A stretch of 32,000 nucleotides of DNA from Pseudoalteromonas translucida KMM 520. Lineage in GTDB: Bacteria > Pseudomonadota > Gammaproteobacteria > Enterobacterales > Alteromonadaceae. Made by a program: the position numbers and the translations under genes. A model generated the notes under the pieces. It saw only the letters and a list, made by a program, of their open reading frames with translations. It was not told where the DNA came from and searched no databases. The stretch covers positions 780,001 through 812,000 of the forward strand of contig NZ_CP011034.1 in the NCBI RefSeq assembly GCF_001465295.1, in the 5' to 3' direction. This document shows positions 28,342-32,000 of the stretch, one piece after another. Every line of letters starts with the position of its first letter. Position 1 is the stretch's first letter.

Positions 28342-30498
28342 ATGGTAGCTACACGTCAATCACATCAACAGGATGAAACCGGGGACTTTGCTAGTCGCTT
28401 AAAGTTGCTTGCTCTGTCGGCAGAAAAAGTAGAGTTGCTTAATAAAGCACAGGCACTTTGTTTAGCGTGCGACAATACCACCCGACAAAGCACAGCCATT
28501 GAAATGGTCGAAATTTTAGCCGAGCTTAATCTTGATGCAGACTCATTAGCTACTGCTTATTTAACGCCGTATTTTATAAATAACTTAGTCACCCTTGAAA
28601 CCGTTGAAGAGCAGCTAGGTAGCAGTATTGCGGTATTGTTAAGCGGGGTCGCGCAAATGGCTACTATTAGCACTTTGGCGCATCAAGGTAAAGGCACGGT
28701 ACAGGTTGATAATATTCGCCGTATGTTACTTGCTATGGTAGAGGATGTGCGCGCGGTTGTTATTAAGTTAGCAGAGCAAGTATGTCATTTACGCAATGTA
28801 AAAAATGCCGCAGAAGAAGACCGCGTTATTGCCGCCAAAGAAACCGCCGACATTTTTGCTCCACTGGCAAACCGCTTAGGTATAGGGCAATTAAAGTGGG
28901 AGCTTGAAGACTTATCGTTTAGGTATTTGCACCCCAATATTTATAAAAACATTGCCAAACAGCTTGATGACAAACGCCTAGCGCGTGAAGCCTACATGGA
29001 AGACATGGTAGCGCAAGTTAAAAGCCGTTTAAGTGAGGCGGGCATAGAAGCTGAGGTTTACGGGCGGCCAAAACATATTTACAGCATTTATAAAAAAATG
29101 GCGCAAAAAAACTACGAGTTTGATCAACTGTTTGATATTCGCGCAATGCGTATTGTGGTACAGCGCCTGCAAGATTGTTACGGCGCGCTGGGCATAGTGC
29201 ACACTAACTGGCGTCATTTGCATAAAGAGTTTGACGACTACGTGGCCACGCCTAAGCAAAATGGCTATCAGTCTATTCATACCGTGGTATTTGGCCCCGA
29301 AGGCAAAACGGTTGAGATTCAAATTCGCACCAGCGATATGCACCAAGATGCCGAGCTAGGTGTTGCTGCGCATTGGATGTATAAAGAAGGCGCATTGCCA
29401 GGGCGAGGCTCAGGTTATGAGCAAAAAATTAGCTGGCTGCGTAAATTATTACAATGGCAAGAAGAAGTGGTTGATGGCAGCGACCTAGCACAAGAGCTTA
29501 AAAACCAAGTGGTAGAAGACCGCGTATACGTATTTACCCCGCGCGGCGATATTTTTGACTTACCACTGGGAGCAACACCATTAGATTTTGCTTATTATAT
29601 TCACTCTAATGTGGGGCATCGTTGTATTGGCGCTAAAGTATTTGGCAAAATTGTGCCATTTACCCATCAGTTAAGCACCGGCGATCAGGTAGAAATTCTT
29701 ACCCAAAAACAGCCAAACCCCAGCCGCGACTGGTTAAACCCATCATTAGGCTATATAAAGTCATCGCGTGCTAGAGCCAAAATACACCATTGGTTTAAAC
29801 AGCTCGATCGCGACAAGAATCTTAGTGCTGGTAAAGAAATACTCGATAACGAACTGCAAAAACTCGATTTAAATTATAGAGACTTAGCACCCGCTATTAA
29901 GCGTTTTAACTTTAAAGAGCTCGACGATTTAATGGTCGCCATTGGCGCAGGCGATATTCGCCTTAATCAAATGCTTAACTTTGTTACCGATCGCCCCGAA
30001 GACGAGCCGGTAATACGCTTTAAAACCCCAACAAAAGTAACCGGCGATAATAACGGTATTGTGGTTGACGGCGTAGGCAGCTTAATGAGTCATGTTGCTA
30101 AATGTTGTCGTCCGGTTCCGGGGGATGAAATTATTGGCTATATAACGCAAGGGCGCGGTATTGGTGTACATCGTGATGATTGCGACTCGTTTAATAATTT
30201 AAAAACTCAGCACCCAGAGCGAGTTATTTCAGTAAGCTGGTCAGACGATATTCATAACTCCTATGCGCTAAGTATTAGAATAGAAGCCAGCGACCGCTCA
30301 GGTTTAATTCGCGACATAAGTGTAGTGTTAGCCAACGAAAAAGTGAATGTGCTAAATATGAATGTAAATACCGTTGATGATAATCAAATTGCTATATTTA
30401 CCATGCAAATAGAGGTACACGATCTGTCGGGTACTAATAGAGTGCTTTCTAAGTTACACCAAATTGAAGGTGTACACAGTGCAAAGCGAGGGCAATAA
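28342..30498 (+). CDS. relA: GTP pyrophosphokinase RelA ((p)ppGpp synthetase I)
   Basis: The 718-aa protein is collinear with E. coli RelA as I recall it, for example ANRLGIGQLKWELEDLSFRYLHP, YGRPKHIYSIYKKM, NGYQSIHTVV and VEIQIRTSDMHQDAELGVAAHW. TGS and ACT-like C-terminal domains follow. Confidence 0.95.
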   Translation: MVATRQSHQQDETGDFASRLKLLALSAEKVELLNKAQALCLACDNTTRQSTAIEMVEILAELNLDADSLATAYLTPYFINNLVTLETVEEQLGSSIAVLLSGVAQMATISTLAHQGKGTVQVDNIRRMLLAMVEDVRAVVIKLAEQVCHLRNVKNAAEEDRVIAAKETADIFAPLANRLGIGQLKWELEDLSFRYLHPNIYKNIAKQLDDKRLAREAYMEDMVAQVKSRLSEAGIEAEVYGRPKHIYSIYKKMAQKNYEFDQLFDIRAMRIVVQRLQDCYGALGIVHTNWRHLHKEFDDYVATPKQNGYQSIHTVVFGPEGKTVEIQIRTSDMHQDAELGVAAHWMYKEGALPGRGSGYEQKISWLRKLLQWQEEVVDGSDLAQELKNQVVEDRVYVFTPRGDIFDLPLGATPLDFAYYIHSNVGHRCIGAKVFGKIVPFTHQLSTGDQVEILTQKQPNPSRDWLNPSLGYIKSSRARAKIHHWFKQLDRDKNLSAGKEILDNELQKLDLNYRDLAPAIKRFNFKELDDLMVAIGAGDIRLNQMLNFVTDRPEDEPVIRFKTPTKVTGDNNGIVVDGVGSLMSHVAKCCRPVPGDEIIGYITQGRGIGVHRDDCDSFNNLKTQHPERVISVSWSDDIHNSYALSIRIEASDRSGLIRDISVVLANEKVNVLNMNVNTVDDNQIAIFTMQIEVHDLSGTNRVLSKLHQIEGVHSAKRGQ

Positions 30499-30500
30499 AT

Positions 30501-31298
30501 ATGACAGATAACGCAGCGCTTGCGCAACTACTAAATATAATGAAAACGCTAAGAGATCCTGAGATTGGTTGCCCCTGGGATCGTAAGCAAACCTTTAGCT
30601 CAATAGTGCCACACACTATTGAGGAAGCGTTTGAAGTGGCAGATTGCATTGAATCGGGCAATTTAGGTGAGCTTAAAAATGAACTTGGCGATTTACTCTT
30701 TCAAATTGTGTTTTATGCTCAACTTGCTAATGAGCAAAAGTTATTTGATTTTAACGATATAGTGGCACAATTAAACGCTAAACTTACGCGCCGTCATCCT
30801 CATGTGTTCGACCAGCAAACAGCGCTAAGTGATGATGAGCTTGCTACGCAGTGGCAAGCAATTAAGGCACAAGAGCGCAGCGCCAAAAGCGCAGATGCTA
30901 CGCCTTCGCTGTGGCAAGATATTCCCGTTAATATGCCAAGCTTAAGTAAAGCTAAAAAAATTCAGCAGCGGGTGGCAGCGCTTGGTTTTGATTGGCCAAG
31001 TTACCATGGTGCATTGGATAAAGTGAGCGAAGAGGTAGACGAAGTAAAAGAAGCACTCGCTCACAATCCGTATTCAGATCACAGCGCAGAAGAGCTGGGC
31101 GATTTACTGTTTGCTACAGTAAACGTTGCGCGCCATATAAAGCGCGACCCAGAGCAATTACTGCGCAGCGCCAGCGACAAGTTTTCAACCCGCTTTGAAA
31201 AAGTACAAGCTTATTTAAATGCCCAAGGTAAATGTTTAGAGTCGGCCACGCTTGATGAGATGGATGCAGCATGGGATGAGATCAAAAAAGTCAAATAG
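30501..31298 (+). CDS. mazG: Nucleoside triphosphate pyrophosphohydrolase MazG
   Basis: The 265-aa protein has tandem MazG domains with EEAFEVADCIE/ELGDLLFQIVFY and EEVDEVKEAL/ELGDLLFATVNVARH motifs. It starts 2 nt after the relA stop. Confidence 0.9.
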   Translation: MTDNAALAQLLNIMKTLRDPEIGCPWDRKQTFSSIVPHTIEEAFEVADCIESGNLGELKNELGDLLFQIVFYAQLANEQKLFDFNDIVAQLNAKLTRRHPHVFDQQTALSDDELATQWQAIKAQERSAKSADATPSLWQDIPVNMPSLSKAKKIQQRVAALGFDWPSYHGALDKVSEEVDEVKEALAHNPYSDHSAEELGDLLFATVNVARHIKRDPEQLLRSASDKFSTRFEKVQAYLNAQGKCLESATLDEMDAAWDEIKKVK

Positions 31299-31369
31299 TG
31301 TGTAGTAAAATTATGGCTGTTTTTTGTGCTTACAATTTCTAATTTTAGCTGGATTGATTGGCTATGCTT

Positions 31370-31378
31370 TGGTACAAT
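31370..31378 (+). promoter_or_regulatory. Candidate extended -10 promoter (TGgTACAAT) upstream of pyrG
   Basis: TGGTACAAT fits the TGnTAnnnT pattern and lies about 80 nt upstream of the pyrG ATG. A pyrimidine-rich leader follows. This is pattern match only. Confidence 0.3.
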
Positions 31379-31443
31379 TTCTCCCCGTCCTGTTTATATT
31401 CCAAAATCACTTGTTTGGGTATTATATTCCTTTTAATTCCTGA

Positions 31444-32000
<557 letters not shown>

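Overview
This is an AT-rich gammaproteobacterial chromosome segment. Gene order and protein sequences look like Alteromonadales, plausibly Pseudoalteromonas, but that is inference only. The window is almost entirely conserved core genome. From left to right it holds: a truncated GH114/PelA-like hydrolase gene; a Cache-domain chemoreceptor; a run of membrane ion/solute genes (mgtE, a CNNM/DUF21 gene, an MscS-family gene, lrgB/lrgA-like genes); an enoyl-CoA hydratase family gene; three uncharacterised genes, of which at least two are envelope proteins; slyD, ygfZ, sdhE-ygfX and nadB; the unbroken same-strand block rpoE-rseA-rseB-rseC-lepA-lepB-rnc-era-recO-pdxJ; a VOC-family gene; barA; and rlmD-relA-mazG-pyrG (pyrG truncated at the right edge). 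I see no rRNA, tRNA, CRISPR array, transposase, integrase, phage gene or recognisable defence or toxin island, so I cannot support a claim of a dramatic novel system here. The items most worth a second look are modest. They are the mgtE-CNNM tandem behind a long leader, the overlapping sdhE-ygfX pair whose 3' end also overlaps nadB, a three-gene uncharacterised operon at 9.1-10.9 kb, a candidate sigma-E autoregulatory promoter, a perfect 16-bp hairpin between rseC and lepA, and the extreme compaction of lepA through pdxJ, which leaves no room for an E. coli-style rnc leader. Several ORF-track starts look too far upstream and are re-called below. All the short ORFs that lie antisense to, or overlap in another frame, these genes are treated as shadow ORFs.
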